The notes: generated by a model from the sequence alone, not told the origin. A stretch of DNA of 63,718 nucleotides, filler included, from Craspedostauros australis (GCA_030167865.1; 13 parts of 13 records of this genome joined end to end with filler, not necessarily neighbours in it); one strand, 5' to 3'; positions 37,979 to 50,874 are shown, numbered from the whole stretch's first letter. Numbers and translations are program-made.

Positions 37979-40900
37979 TCACTGTTCTGCCGTTGCCGAT
38001 TCGAGAGAGCTGCCGGAGCATACCGTTTCCGCCACGGTGGCTTGATCTTGTTTGGATGCGGTTGTTGGATCATCTTGCCGACCGCCTGATTTGGATGACG
38101 AACGGCGACTCTTGTCCTTATCCAACCATTCCAACGAGGAACGTTTGGACTTCTTGGAATCATGCTTACTCGTTTTGCCGGAACGGCTCTTCACATTCAT
38201 CGTTCCGAACGTGGCATTGTGACCAGACGATCGTTGTGTTTGAGACGACGCGGAGTATCCCGACCGACGCGATGACAGCGATTCTAAATCGCCACCAGAG
38301 GTGGACGCTCTGTGCAAGCGGGAGTTGGGATTGCTGCGTCGCGACGAGTGCTCGGTTCGACGTCGTGTGCTGCCTTCGGTGGCAATGCCGTTACTGCTGC
38401 CGCTGCGTTGCATTGGGGTAGGAGATAATTCCGCGGCTCTGAGATGTGTTGATGTGCCTTGGAAGGCATGGTTGCTGCGGCTGCGGCGGTTGTTATGGTA
38501 TTGTTGAAGAGCGCGAGGGCCACGTCGCGACTGTGACAGCTCTCCGGAAGATCCATTCCTGCTCACGTTCGAGGATTTGCTGCTCAGAGACTGGTCATCC
38601 TTGCTCGCATCGACCCGATCCATTGGATCGCCGCGGCTCTTGGAGCGTCGTGATCGCATGGATCGGTTGCTGCGGGCGGATGGACTCGTCTCGTCCGTAT
38701 GATCATCGTCGATGGGTTTGTTGCTGTGGCTGCGGCTTCGGTTCCTGACACCAGGCTTGGAGCTTGAGTCGTCTTCAAATTGTTGGTTGGAGTGGGGACT
38801 GATCTCACGTGACAATCGATTCTTCGACAGGCTGCGATGGCGCCTTTGAGACGCGCTGTCGGGCTTGTCGCTCTTGCTGCCCATGCTTCTGCTGCTGGTC
38901 TTTGCGCGGTGCTCATGATGGCGACTGCTGCTGGTAAGGTAGGAGCGGCTGTCATCATCGATGTCGTCGTTGCCGTGGCTGCTGGCTTTTGCCACGGACG
39001 AAGTGCTCGACGAGGGCTTGGTACTGCGTCGCAGACTCCTGCGGCTTCGGCTTGGACTTCTGGTGCGGCTCTTGCTGTCACCGTGCCGGCGTGCTGGACC
39101 CGAGGATCCGATGCGCTCGCCCGTCATCGCGACGCGACAGTACTTGTCGGAGCCGTCCGTCTTGGTGGACTGTTCATCGACATCGCGATCACGGCCTCTC
39201 GTCGGTTCCATGCGGAGACGTGACCTTGATCTTGCGCGCGTGCGAGTTCGCGTGGATTTGTCCATGCTATCCTGCGCATCGATGCTGCGGCTCTGCCTGG
39301 TGGATTTGCTGTTGCCATTGCCGTTGTTAGGCCTCGTCTGTCGTCGAGAAAGACGTTGCCTCGAACTGGATCTATGTTGACTGGAACGAGCCGTGACAGG
39401 GGCATTTTCCGCATCGTGTTCGCTTCCGCCGCGCAGGGCGGTGGTTCCAGTTGATTGCTGATGCAGTCTAGCTCGATCGCCCTTCGCCAACCTGCGTGGT
39501 TTGGACGCCGCGTCTCCATCTCGTAGACAGGCACTGTTGCCATCGTGGTTCTGATCGTAGATGTCATCGTAGTCATCGCTGGCGAAGGTGCCCTCGTTGG
39601 TCGCGTCCAAACCATCCAGGGAGGCATCCATGATATCGCTATGTTGCCCAATACTGTCATGCATTGAGTGGATGGACGCATCCATGTTCAATGAAGGTCG
39701 TCGTTTGCTCCCAGAAGGGCCGGGAGACCGAAGCACGACGTCAATATCAATCTCAATGTCATCATCGTCGTAATCGTTGTCATCATTGGTATGTTCATTG
39801 CGCCGCTGTTGCTGTTGCTGCGCACTGCTGCGATGGTGACTCCTCAGGCCACGTCCGCTCTTGGATCTGGATCGCTGATGTCCTGACTTGGAGCTCCTGT
39901 CAAGCGCACGTCGCGTGTGGCGTTTCGATTCATCGCCATCGTTCTTTCCCAACCGCTGACGCCGCAGGGAACTGCGACACGACTTGTCATCTGCATCGTC
40001 CAACGAAATGGAAGCTTGGCGACGCGATCTGGCCGACGAGGGGCCACCACGATGGGTGTTCGATTCGGAACCCAGTGATTCGAAGGATCTATCATCATCG
40101 TGGGAGCTGGAGTGAGACGCTACGGACGAGGTCGACGTTGCCAAAGCAGCACGGCCTGAAAGGCTGGACCGACGAGCAAACGGTCGCCGCTGGTGGGTGG
40201 ATGCGCGCAATCCACCACCGTTGCTTCGCCTTTGCTCCGAACTGGCCTCGGAGTGTCGGCTGTCCGGCGACGAGAAGGTGCTGTGATGGTGGTGCGTGGT
40301 ACTGTGGAGACTGGTCCTGCTGTTGCGCTGAGCTCCCGAACGACGCGAATGCACTCCGGAACTGTGCGATGAATCCGAACGCATGTGCCTTGATCTGCCC
40401 AGGTGCCTGCCGCTTCCGCTATCCGCGTGCAGTGATGTGGTTGTGTTCAAGGCGAGATTGGCGTCCAACGACATCCTCCTCTGCGGTCTCCTGCGAGATG
40501 CCGCTCCTGCTACTGACGATGACGACGATGGAGCGATGTGTGTATCGGGTTGGGCATCTTCGTAACCGTACTTGTCCACCGCCGGGATACTGGAGAAGCT
40601 GTTGCCAAGCGACGCCCTTCGCTTGAACCGCTCCTTGCGTTGCTTCCACTTTGGTTCTTCGGGCGGCGATGCTATGTCATCCAAGATGAGGCCTCGCGAA
40701 TCTTTGACGGAGTCGAAGCCAGCATTGATCTTCGCGTGCTGCGGCTTGGCCTCGCTTGTACCATTGGATGTCAATGATGACGAGGCTTCAAACTGACTAA
40801 ATTTTGGATCCGCAAACAGGTCGACCTGCTCACCGCTGAACAAGTGATCGTACTCGGTGGAAGGTGCTGGTGCGATCGAGATGGTGGGAAGGGAAGATCG

Positions 40901-41693
40901 TCGCTTCGCCTTCTGACGGAACCTCTGCTGCTGTTGTTGATGCTGCTGCTGGTCCTGCTTCCTCTGTTCATCCTGCTGTTTCTGCTCTTCCCTTTTGCGC
41001 TCCACGGTGCCGTCCTGCAACTCCCAAAGCGCGTCGTCCATGTGCTCACGGTAGATGTGCTTCTTGAAGAAGGCGCGTTGCGAGTATTTCGCTTTGACGA
41101 AGGCATCACGCTCGTCGAGGTTGGAGCGGGCGTGCGGTTTCAGCGTCGCCGCGGTCTTTGCATGCTCGTATACTGCCTCGAACGATAGATTGACGCGCTT
41201 GTTCCCGCCGATTTCCATCGCGAGGACTTCCTTCTCTTTCCCTGCATGATAGAAGAGGGAGGGGGGATGAAAGGAGAGTGGCAATGTGAGATCAGAATGT
41301 GTGGTCTTTGCAGATTGGGTACTGCACATACTCTCGAGGTCGGAGCCTGCGCATAGTACTCCATTCCAAACAATCTCCGCAGCAGAGCATTGCACTGTAC
41401 CACTTACAGTCATCCAATGTGACGCTCCTCACGAAGCAAATGTGAACGCCGAGACGTCTGTGCGCGCCGGAGCAATGGAAGCAACAGAAGACCCCCAGAG
41501 CACGGCTGCCGGTTGGCGAATCCGGAGGCGGCACGATGAGGGATGCCCATGTCGGTTTCTTGTCACCGCAGTCGCAGCACACTTGATTGTCGGGCAGGTT
41601 GCCGACGGCCTTGAGACGTCGCTTCAGCTCCTTCTGAGATGGTTCCTTGCCGTCGGCGGCGCAGCCTGGCTCTGGGTTGGTGGTGGCCGTCAT
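37979..41693 (-). CDS. ArfGAP-domain protein with long Ser/Arg-rich disordered tail; exons 41693-41408, 41241-37979
   Basis: NQVCCDCG..PTWAS..GVFCCFHCSGAHRRLGVHICFVRSVTLDD joins WKEKEVLAMEIGGN..FVKAKY across a phase-1 GT..AG intron at 41242-41407. Confidence 0.92.
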
Positions 41694-43916
41694 GGTGTTC
41701 GTGGACAGTCTGAAAGAATAGAGTAGCGTACTCTACTGTAATAGTAGTTGGATAGATAGATGGTTCGATGGCTCAATGTTTGGATGGATCTGTTCCAACT
41801 CAACGCTCTTTCCTTCAACTCAGCAGCGAAATGAGACCAACATGCAGGTCACCTGATGTCTCGATGATCCGCCTTTCTCGGTCGGCTGTATTGCTCTGCT
41901 CTCCTCTTTTCTGCTTTGCTTTGCTCGCAACAAGTGCGCAAAGAGAATGTTGGTGGGCGTATGCCAACGACAGCTGGGCTCTGGAGAGGGCAAAGAGGCG
42001 AAGTGAGCACCTCCTTGAACAGGGAGGTTTGTGACGAAATGATTTGTGCACGGATGGCTCTGCCTCTCCGACTCCGTCGCTGGTCTCTCTCACTCTCCCT
42101 TTCTCTGTTTGGGAATGAACCTGAAGCAATCTCTCCCTCTCTGTGCAGTTCTGCTCTCTGCCTTGTTTTCCTTCTTTCCTTCTCCCGTGGCTTTGTTCCT
42201 GTGTGCCTTTGGCTGCCGAAGGTCGTCAACTGCTCTTTGTGCTGTTTGTGGTCGAATCACGAAGATCCGCTCCTGGTTGGCACGAGCGCGCATCGCGACC
42301 TGTTACCGAGACGTTTTCGGGTTTGATTCCGCGTACTGTTTTGGATTGCTCCGTGGCGCGAGTTTCCGCATTTTCGATCACACGTTGTCCACGAAGCACA
42401 CAGAAAAGTGAGAGGCGGCACAGCGCGTTTCTATCAAGACAGCATGTGCGATACTTTCGCCGTTAACTGTGTGAGGAATTGAGCCACAGCCACCCACTTT
42501 CCACGATAGCGGTTCACTGATTCCGTGTCGCAGTAACCACCATGTGGGCTTAAGTTCAGGTTCTTTCGGGCGGAGTGGCAAGCACTTCGTGACGTCATCG
42601 ATGAGATTGTCATGCTCTTCCTACGAATATGAAAATGTCAATTGCTTTGTCAACAGTGTGGTCGCGACTTTGGTGTTGCATTACATAACCGTTACACCGG
42701 CGCTGGGATTCTTCAGTCCGGGACTAATATGCCGCATACAAGAGGATTAGCCGAACAGCGTGACAGCCCGAAATCGAAAGGCTATTGTCTCGACTCGGGA
42801 CACAAAATGTCCGCCGCCCGAACCACACCTTTCCCCGAAAACGTCGACAGAAATTGAAAGCGCGATGCTTCACAAAACGCAAATGCAACACGACGTCACC
42901 ACCTGATTTTCGCCGAGGGTCCAAAGCGACGCCTTGCAACCAAGTTGTTCGATGCGATCCCACGACCTTTTGTACACAAAAAGTGGATGGGAGATCGGGT
43001 GGACTTGAATGTAGTTGGAGGAGGAGGAGCGCCACTATCACACTCTATTCTGTTGCAATAGTGTTCCTCTTCCATCTCTCTTCCATCTGTCGAGCTGTCT
43101 ATCCGTGCGAAGCGACCGACGGAGCTTTTGGGATTGCACAGACACAAGCTAACGCTGCTGAAGCGTTTTGGTGGAACGGCTTTTGCGCTGCTTCCGACAA
43201 TGGTTGGAGCACCACGCCAACCAAATTGGCATGGTTCCGATCTTATCGCAACCTTCCGACGATGTCCGTCTCTGTCGTTAAACCTGGATTCCGATTCGGA
43301 TGGTACGCACAAGTATAGTATCATAGAGCAGAGATAAAGAAGCAAGCGTCGATCTCAGTCTTGCGGTGTGCATGTTCGCAGCTAGTATTTGTATCGTAGA
43401 CAGCATGCAGATTGGGAGTAACCATTTCATTCCTTCAATGTGATGACATCTTGATGCTCTCTCCCTGGATTCGTCGGGTGACTTCATTGTGGGAGCTCAA
43501 CGACAGTGATACACGCAATAGGTTCCAGTGTGCCAGGCAGATGCCGGAATGGCGAAGTTGGCGGCAACGTGCATCGATCTCTCGCTGGGCCGACGAGTAC
43601 CAGCAGACCTGGACCATCCACGTGCCTGTCTTCTTGTTGCGTCTGTCTCTCCATCCTCGCAAAATCCAAATTGCTGCGAGAATTGTCCATGGCCATCGCA
43701 TGCATGCGATGGGTACCCTGTGGAATCAGTATCGCATCCGACCAAGTGCGCGACGTTGGTGACAATCTCGTTGGACGCCGAATAGATTTGTGGCGCCCGA
43801 CACACCAGCCAGTCATCCAAGGGCAAGTGCATAGTTCGTAGGCAGCTCGCCAACCGAATGGATGACCAATCGGCGTCGACAGCGGGTATCCACCATCGCC
43901 ATCCAACGCCCGAGGC

Positions 43917-44882
43917 CTACTGATACTCCTGCTCCGCCAGCAACTCCCGAATGCGCTGCCGAGAGTACCGATGCCCGCGTTCAGCGGCGCGGAAGAACAA
44001 TGGAACCGCCTTGCCCACATCACGCTGCGTGCCCTCACCCTCGACCAAGCAATCCGCCATCATGTACAGGGCACCCGTGTGATCTTTCTCCGCCGCCTTG
44101 CGGAACAGCTCAAATGCCGCCACGGGTTCCTCCTCCAACACGCCATGCACCCCCGTATAGTATACCGTCGCGAGTTCGTAGCAGGCCTGCGCAGAGTTCA
44201 ACGCCACGGCCTTGCGGAACCATTCGATGCCGGCCTCCTCCTGCGGTGGGACGCCCAAACCTTCCACCAAGATAACGCCGCAAGCCACCATAGACTCGAC
44301 GTGCCCCTGCTTGGCCAAAGCCTGAAAATGCTTCAATCCGCCCTCTGGATCGATATTGTAAAACACGAGCGTCGTGGCTTGCTGGAACAGCAGCTCCTGG
44401 CAGCTCGGAGTGCCATCACTATCCGAAGCACCAGCATCGCGTCGCCACGACCACCGCGATGATGATTTGGCGGTGGCAATGGAACATTCGGTGCTCGCGA
44501 TCGTCGCCGCGATGCCCTTCATCTGCTCCGGCGTTGGCTGGTAGGCGGGCCATGCGCGGGCCGGCAGCTCCCTCCAACCCTCTTCATCCTTGTCCCAACG
44601 CTGCATGGTCTCATCCTGCTTGGATCGGATCTTGGAAAGCTCCTGCCTCGTGTTGAATCGCTTGGGCGCCTTGCCGAGGCTCTGGAAGGGAGACGTCGCC
44701 TCCTTGAGCGTGTTGCGTTTGCGCAGCCACGTTGCGTCCTTCGTGGATTGCGATTGCTGCTGCTGTTCGCATTGCGACGTCGTCGCAGAAGCAATGAGAG
44801 AAGATACCAACAGCGAGGGAGCTGCAACCAATGCGGCGTTGCGAGCGGACGATCTCGCGAAGGACTGGAACATGGTGGACAC
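43917..44882 (-). CDS. Sel1-like repeat protein, probable mitochondrial targeting
   Basis: Sel1 repeats (EEAGIEWFRKAV, ACYELATVYYTG, AAFELFRKAAEKDH, GKAVPLFFRAAERGH) and an Arg/Ser/Ala-rich N-terminus. Confidence 0.88.
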   Translation of the reverse strand: MSTMFQSFARSSARNAALVAAPSLLVSSLIASATTSQCEQQQQSQSTKDATWLRKRNTLKEATSPFQSLGKAPKRFNTRQELSKIRSKQDETMQRWDKDEEGWRELPARAWPAYQPTPEQMKGIAATIASTECSIATAKSSSRWSWRRDAGASDSDGTPSCQELLFQQATTLVFYNIDPEGGLKHFQALAKQGHVESMVACGVILVEGLGVPPQEEAGIEWFRKAVALNSAQACYELATVYYTGVHGVLEEEPVAAFELFRKAAEKDHTGALYMMADCLVEGEGTQRDVGKAVPLFFRAAERGHRYSRQRIRELLAEQEYQ

Positions 44883-45429
44883 GCTTGGAACGTGACTGAT
44901 TCTCAGGCTGCTTTCGATGTTCTACTCGTGCTATGTACAGTGTTGTGGAATGTTACGCTTGCGATGGAAGAAAAGAGGAAGTCTCTGGGCTGTGTCTAAA
45001 ATGTGTTGTGTTGTGTTCTGTTCTGTTGAGTTGGATTGTGTTGAGTTGGGATTGTGCCATCCTCCATCCTCCTGGGTCTGGCATCGCATGAATGCGTCAT
45101 TGGTGTTCGAAGGTTTGTGCCCAACCAACGCATCTTTTGTTTTTGGTCTTGTTTTGGTGGATGGAAACATGAGAGACTGTTTCTGCTCTGTAGTGTGGGA
45201 ATTAGTATAGAGTATGCCGTATGGCTTGGCGGGTCATGAAGTGCAGGACCTCTCTGGAGCGAGTACTCCATGCAGTCTGTAACGATGCAATTACGAAAGC
45301 TATGCATCATCGAGTGGAGCAATTCATGAGCTACACACTGTTACAACCGAGCCCATGAAGGAAGTGAAGAAGAGAAAGAAGGTGATGGTTAAGTTGATTT
45401 ACGAGTACTTGTGCAGAGCACGCCTTGAT

Positions 45430-46411
45430 CTACTCATCGTCATCATCGTCGTCGTCGTCATCGTCGTCATCATCATCATCGTCGTCGTCGTCGTCGTCAT
45501 CACCTGGGTTCGTGGCCCTCTCGCTGAAGGTCTCCCATTTCTCCGTCACCTGCTCCGCACCCAAGTCCGTTCCATGTGCGGCAACGTGGCCGTGATCGTC
45601 GTGATCCCACGGGTGCTTGAGACCGAGGAGGACGGCACCGTCCATTCGGAATCGGTGGAAGACCCATATCCATGTCAGGGTGCCGAAGGCCTCGCCCAAT
45701 CGCGTGCCGAATTGGTTGGTCTCCATGAAGCTGGCGGGGCGTGGAAATACACGGAGGAGCCAACAGGAATTGATTGATTGTATGGAGCATTCATTTTGTG
45801 TTTGTTTGGATTTGTGCCAGTACACGTTGACGTTGGTGCCAGCCCACATTATCGGTGGATATCGTTGCATCAAGATGGGGATGTTGCATTGTGGTGGGTC
45901 GTTGCATTCAGTACAGTCATCCGTTGCGATAGAATTCCAAAGGCAATACCGGAGCAGGGTGACAGGCAATGAAGATGACACGATGAAGGATGATTCGGTG
46001 AGCATGGTACATATATTGGGAATGCGGATTCAACAGACCATCATGCCGCTGAATATACCATCATGCTCTCTTTTGTTGCGTTGAACTGCAATGTGTTGCA
46101 GTGATTTGAAAGATTCTCAGCGCGCATCATTGCACAGTTGCTGCTTTGATGGGTCTTCGGAGGACTGCCATCATGTTGGATGTATCCTTGATGCCGACAA
46201 GACCTCCCTCACTACATCGTTCACCACTCCATTCACTCTACCACTCCATTCATCTCCATTCATCGCACAGCCGCACTTCAGCTGCGCACAAGAAGACTCA
46301 CGCTCCGCCTCCACCCATCGTTCGTCTCTGAACGGCGTTGGCTCCATTTCTGCTGACTGCCCGTCTCACGGCGGAGGATCGCAGCGTTTGGGATGCGACG
46401 CGGTGAAACAT
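45430..46411 (-). CDS. NDUFB2: Mitochondrial complex I subunit NDUFB2 (AGGG)-like; exons 46411-46302, 45730-45430
   Basis: Presequence MFHRVASQTLRSSAVRR...QRRT-MGGGGA, donor GTGAGT at 46301 and a phase-matched CAG acceptor. The core GEAFGTLTWIWVFHRFRMDGAVLLGLKHPW matches the family W-x-W..DG..LG..HPW pattern. A small middle exon cannot be excluded. Confidence 0.8.
45436..45501 (-). repeat. (GAY)22 trinucleotide repeat encoding poly-Asp
   Basis: 66 nt of mixed GAC/GAT codons immediately before Glu-stop. Confidence 0.95.
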
Positions 46412-47412
46412 CTTTGCGTCGTTCTTGCTTGCTTGCTTGTTGTTGGATGAACGGATTGGAAGTCCTCACGTGATGCAACCAGAGAGATGTGCGAGGTTTA
46501 GTTGTTCGTTTTGGGTGGCGCAACGCCGTTGATGGTGACCGCCATGGTGGGGATTGCTGGTGTTGGTCTTGGTGTTGTTGCGCCATCCTGGCGCTTGTTC
46601 GTGTTGTCGTTGTTGTTGCTGTCGGCTGACCAATACGATCCATCCGACCACACCATGTGGTTTTGATCGCATGGGTCCACAACTGCCAACAGCCGAATGC
46701 TCGTGACTGCATTGTTGATTCGCGACTCCATCATCACGAGCAAATGTGTCACGTCACGTGCATGCCGCGAGAAGTGTCGAAGGCGTTCGCGGCGGTGTGT
46801 GGCCAAATTGAACACAAACGACGGATCGCGATTAGTCGCACGATCCATGGCAACAACGTCAACCACAACAGCAACAACGACAGCAACGACAGCATGTGAC
46901 AATGCGCTTCCCATTCAAGAGGGAGAGAGAGTGATTGTCCACATGCGTGCGAGAGCGTGCGGCCATCCAACGTGATCCTCATTCATGTTCTCATCCACAG
47001 CTGTACTCATCCAATCATTCAACCAAGGAGCTGGGCAGAGACAGAGACAGACAACCATCAAGTTCAACCCTCATTCCTCCATTCATCACAAGTTGCACCT
47101 CCTTCCTTGCTTCAGTCATACTCAAAGTCGTACTCAGAGACGTGCTGCGCAGTCAAGAGGAGCATACTCATACTTGCTCGGACCTACTCGTAGGTCGCAA
47201 GGTAGACCAGTGAAGCGACGCATCGGGAGTGTATTCCGTCGGAATGCCCTGGGAGCACAACTCCCCCATCAACTCGAACAGCAGCAAGGTCGTGATACAG
47301 TCAGAAAGCAGGACGCAGAACTCAACCGCAATTCCGACAAAGTCTTCAGAAGCAGAAGCAAAAGCAAAAGCAGAAGAACAACACTATCTCTTGAGAGTTC
47401 CGTTGCAGAGAG

Positions 47413-48354
47413 ATGAGCAGGATGACACCAACATGCTGGGATATCCTCTCACTGTCGGAGGCCAGACGCAATCATGTCATGGGCGTCTCCGTCATGACAG
47501 AGAGAGACATCAAGAAGGCCTACCGAACGATAGCGCGCATGACGCATCCAGACAAGTACCACAAGCCCCAGGACAAGGACAAGGCGACGGAGATCTTCCG
47601 CAAGGTCTACCAGGCCTACGAACAGGCTCTGGAGTTGCTGCATTCCCCCAATCCGCAAAGGGAACGTCGCGGTGATCGCACGCAACGCGAGGATTCGTCT
47701 GCATCGGATCATTACATGCAGGCGGCCTTCGAGGCGGTGTGTCGGGAGTTGGATGAGGAATTCATGGACCAGTGGCAGCAGAGCATACAGCAGACGGCGC
47801 ACCTCATCAAGGAGGCCTGGCCGGATCAGAATAGGGCCTTCGAGATCCTGCGCACGTCACGCCCCTTCCTCTCCGACCTCAGGCCATGGCTGGACCCGGA
47901 CATCTACGTCTGCCTCGATCAGCGCCGCCGCGCGCGTCTGCGAACCTCCTGCGCCACCAACCTCGCCAGACAGCATCACCTCCTGCGGTTCATCAACGAA
48001 AATCGCAATCGGGACGCCGCATGGCTCTACACCGAACTCTCGCAACGCTGGCTCCTCCTCGACGTCACGGACGCCATCAAAACGTGCGACGATCCCTGCA
48101 TCAAGGGCATCCTGCAATGGTACCACACGGAACGATCCAAACGCAGCGAGGATCTCCTCACGCAGCAGCTGCAGGAGACGGCGCGCGGTATCCAGGATGT
48201 GCATCCCGACATTCCCGCCATGAAGCAGCTCCTGCGACCCATCACGTATCGTGCGCATCGCAAGCGCGTTCTCGAGTACCTTCCCAGGGAGATGCGCTAT
48301 CTCGCCGGCGTGCTTCTCGTGGAAGGTACGCACAAGCGTGTCAAGTTGCGGTGA
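47413..48354 (+). CDS. J-domain (DnaJ class C) protein
   Basis: CWDILSL...TERDIKKAYRTIARMTHPDK...ATEIFRKVYQAYE, with an intact HPD motif. The C-terminal region is not recognised. Confidence 0.85.
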   Translation: MSRMTPTCWDILSLSEARRNHVMGVSVMTERDIKKAYRTIARMTHPDKYHKPQDKDKATEIFRKVYQAYEQALELLHSPNPQRERRGDRTQREDSSASDHYMQAAFEAVCRELDEEFMDQWQQSIQQTAHLIKEAWPDQNRAFEILRTSRPFLSDLRPWLDPDIYVCLDQRRRARLRTSCATNLARQHHLLRFINENRNRDAAWLYTELSQRWLLLDVTDAIKTCDDPCIKGILQWYHTERSKRSEDLLTQQLQETARGIQDVHPDIPAMKQLLRPITYRAHRKRVLEYLPREMRYLAGVLLVEGTHKRVKLR

Positions 48355-49173
48355 AGCGAAGTCGTTGGGCAGGGTTGGGCAGGACAGCGTTTACTCTACT
48401 CTATGAGTATTGTGCTTGCAGGTTACAAGTGCATGCTCAACAATCTGGGGGAACTGTCGGGGGAACTTACACATACTACACATATGACATAATTGTATAA
48501 ACATTACCGCTACAGGTACCACACACATGGATACGGCGTTTTCATGTTCAGGTATGGGGATGAATACTGCACAGTATTGGCGAGCTCGAAGACGGACGCA
48601 AGTGGCTACGGCTACGCACCACCATTCACATAATTGCTGGACGAAAGGGCAAATCGATCATCAATGCTGGCAAGGAATGCGCTTTTCCATGCTCCACCGT
48701 CGATAGCGTTACGGCCATTCCTTCATCACGACCAGACGAATGTTGATCATGGACGAAGTCACGAGCATGTGTTCATTGCAGACACTCACATCGTATGGAT
48801 GCGTCCAGTTGGGCACGTCGAATCGCTGGCAGAAATCTATCTACGAAGCTAGAATAAACGATGTCCGTCCATCGACAGAAATCGCCATTTCCAGAACCAC
48901 CAAAAAGTGAGGAAAGAGTCATGAGTTTCGGTGTTTGCGATCTGCTCCACAGAACACACCCACCAGCCAACCAATCAATCGATTTGTTCCAAAGCCATCA
49001 AACCGACATTCACGCCGAAGCAGACAGACTCGAGATATTCTGTGCCAAGCGTATGGTTCGACTATGATACCAGACGACTACAAGCACAACTGTTGAATCA
49101 AGAAGCACTCGCCGTTTCACAGGGTTGCATTCTCAACAAAGCCATCTTCATTCAACACTCTGCCAATAGAGAC

Positions 49174-50874
49174 ATGGCACACCATCGCAACGCAAAGTTC
49201 GCTGCAGCCAGATTGCTCTCGCTCATCATGTTTGCGTTGTTCAGTAGGAGCGCTGCGTTCCTCTGTCTTCGGCAATCCCGATCATTGGCGGCTTCCAGCG
49301 TGGCAACGACGCACATCAGCGCTGCATTCGGCACGAGATCAGGACCATTGCGTTCATCCGTGAGAGATGGTACCGCTGTCAAGAAGCCTGCGCCGAGATC
49401 CAAAGGCAAGAGCAGCGCAAGCAAGGGTGGCGGCGGAAGTGGTACCATCAAGCAACAAAGGCCATCCACGTCGGTCATTCCCAAGGTGCTCCTCAGACGC
49501 AATCGCCAATCCAGAACATTCCGCGATGGAAACCAGCTGGTGTTCACAGGATCGATCGATTCCGCCATCCCGCCGCGCGATTCCACGTTGCGACACCAGA
49601 TGGGTTCCTTCGTTCAAGTGGAGGTGCCGGCGTCGTCCGACAACAGCAAGGGCCAGCCACCGCAAACTCAGTTGATCGGATGGGGCATGTACAATCCCGA
49701 ATCCATGTACCGCGTCCGCATCTTGGCGCATACGAACACGCAGCCGGATCTGGCCAACCGCATCAAGACCATGCTCAAGGCGTCGCAGAACTCGGATGAC
49801 AACGGCGATGACGCGGCGGTGGTGCAATCGGCATTGCGTGAGATTGTGCACACCCGCTTGCAACAGGCCATCACGATTCGCGAGGCGATGGGATTGGGCA
49901 CGACGATGCAGGATGAGACCGACACGTACCGTCTCATCAATGGAGAAGGTGATGGACTGTCTGGTTTGGCGGTGGATGTTGTGGGCGGGAAGGTCGCCGT
50001 CGTCATGTCATCGGCAGCATGGTGTGAGATTCACAGACCCATGATCGAAGGGTGCCTGCACGAGCTGTTGGATCTGGAGATTATCTGGAGGACCACACCG
50101 TCGCGATTGAAGCAGGATGGGTACATGCCTGCCTTGGAGAAAGAAGCCGCGGAGGATGACGATGAAGAGGAAGACGTGCGCGATTCCGTCGCAACCATCG
50201 CAACGGAAAATGGAATCAAATACCTGACATACGTCCACGGCGCCCAAGGACAAAAGACTGGTGTGTATTGTGATCAACGCGAGAATCGTGCGTACTTCGC
50301 CCAATCCGCCAAAGGCAAGCGGGTGCTGGATCTGTGCTGCTACCATGGTGGATTCGCTTTGAATGCCGCCAAGCAAGGTGCCTCGTATGTGGTCGGCGTG
50401 GACTCTTCCTCAGACGCCGTCGATACCTGCGACGAAAACAGCAAACTGAACTCATTCGATCTGGATGACAGCGTCGAACTCAGCTTCGTGCGCGACGACA
50501 TTTCAAACTACTTGCAGAAAAACGACGGGGAATACTTCGATCAGATCGTCCTGGACCCACCCAAATTGGCACCCAGCATCAGCGGCCTCGCCAAGGCCAG
50601 CCGCAAGTACCATTCCTTGAATCGCGATGCCATCAAGTGCATCAATCCCGAAACCGGAGGATTGTTCATGACGTGCACGTGTTCCGCCGCCATGACACAG
50701 AAGGATGGTGGCAACTACTTCTTGCAAGTCGTGCAGCAAGCCAGTCTGTCGGCCAAACGTCAGATCACGTTGCTGCGAGTGAACAACGCTGCTCCGTGTC
50801 ACACCCAAGATCCAGCCAGTTTCCCGGCTGGCAAATACCTTACAGCCGCGACCTTCTTCGTGCATCCCGTTTAG
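49174..50874 (+). CDS. rlmI: RlmI-family (23S rRNA m5C1962-type) SAM-dependent methyltransferase, probably plastid-targeted
   Basis: PUA-like N-domain, YRLINGEGDGLSGLAVD, GQKTGVYCDQRENR, RVLDLCCYHGGF, IVLDPPKL, TCTCS. A signal peptide ending SAA-F followed by a Ser/Arg-rich transit region (ASAFAP-like). Confidence 0.88.
   Translation: MAHHRNAKFAAARLLSLIMFALFSRSAAFLCLRQSRSLAASSVATTHISAAFGTRSGPLRSSVRDGTAVKKPAPRSKGKSSASKGGGGSGTIKQQRPSTSVIPKVLLRRNRQSRTFRDGNQLVFTGSIDSAIPPRDSTLRHQMGSFVQVEVPASSDNSKGQPPQTQLIGWGMYNPESMYRVRILAHTNTQPDLANRIKTMLKASQNSDDNGDDAAVVQSALREIVHTRLQQAITIREAMGLGTTMQDETDTYRLINGEGDGLSGLAVDVVGGKVAVVMSSAAWCEIHRPMIEGCLHELLDLEIIWRTTPSRLKQDGYMPALEKEAAEDDDEEEDVRDSVATIATENGIKYLTYVHGAQGQKTGVYCDQRENRAYFAQSAKGKRVLDLCCYHGGFALNAAKQGASYVVGVDSSSDAVDTCDENSKLNSFDLDDSVELSFVRDDISNYLQKNDGEYFDQIVLDPPKLAPSISGLAKASRKYHSLNRDAIKCINPETGGLFMTCTCSAAMTQKDGGNYFLQVVQQASLSAKRQITLLRVNNAAPCHTQDPASFPAGKYLTAATFFVHPV

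Noticed and set aside
42785..43853. Several 100-180 aa ORFs between ArfGAP and the Sel1 gene
   Set aside because: No motif, no consistent exon structure, and overlapping on both strands.
49174..50874. Bacterial contamination or recent HGT of rlmI
   Set aside because: It carries a eukaryotic bipartite targeting extension and lies on a contig with intron-containing genes, consistent with an ordinary organelle-targeted nuclear gene.
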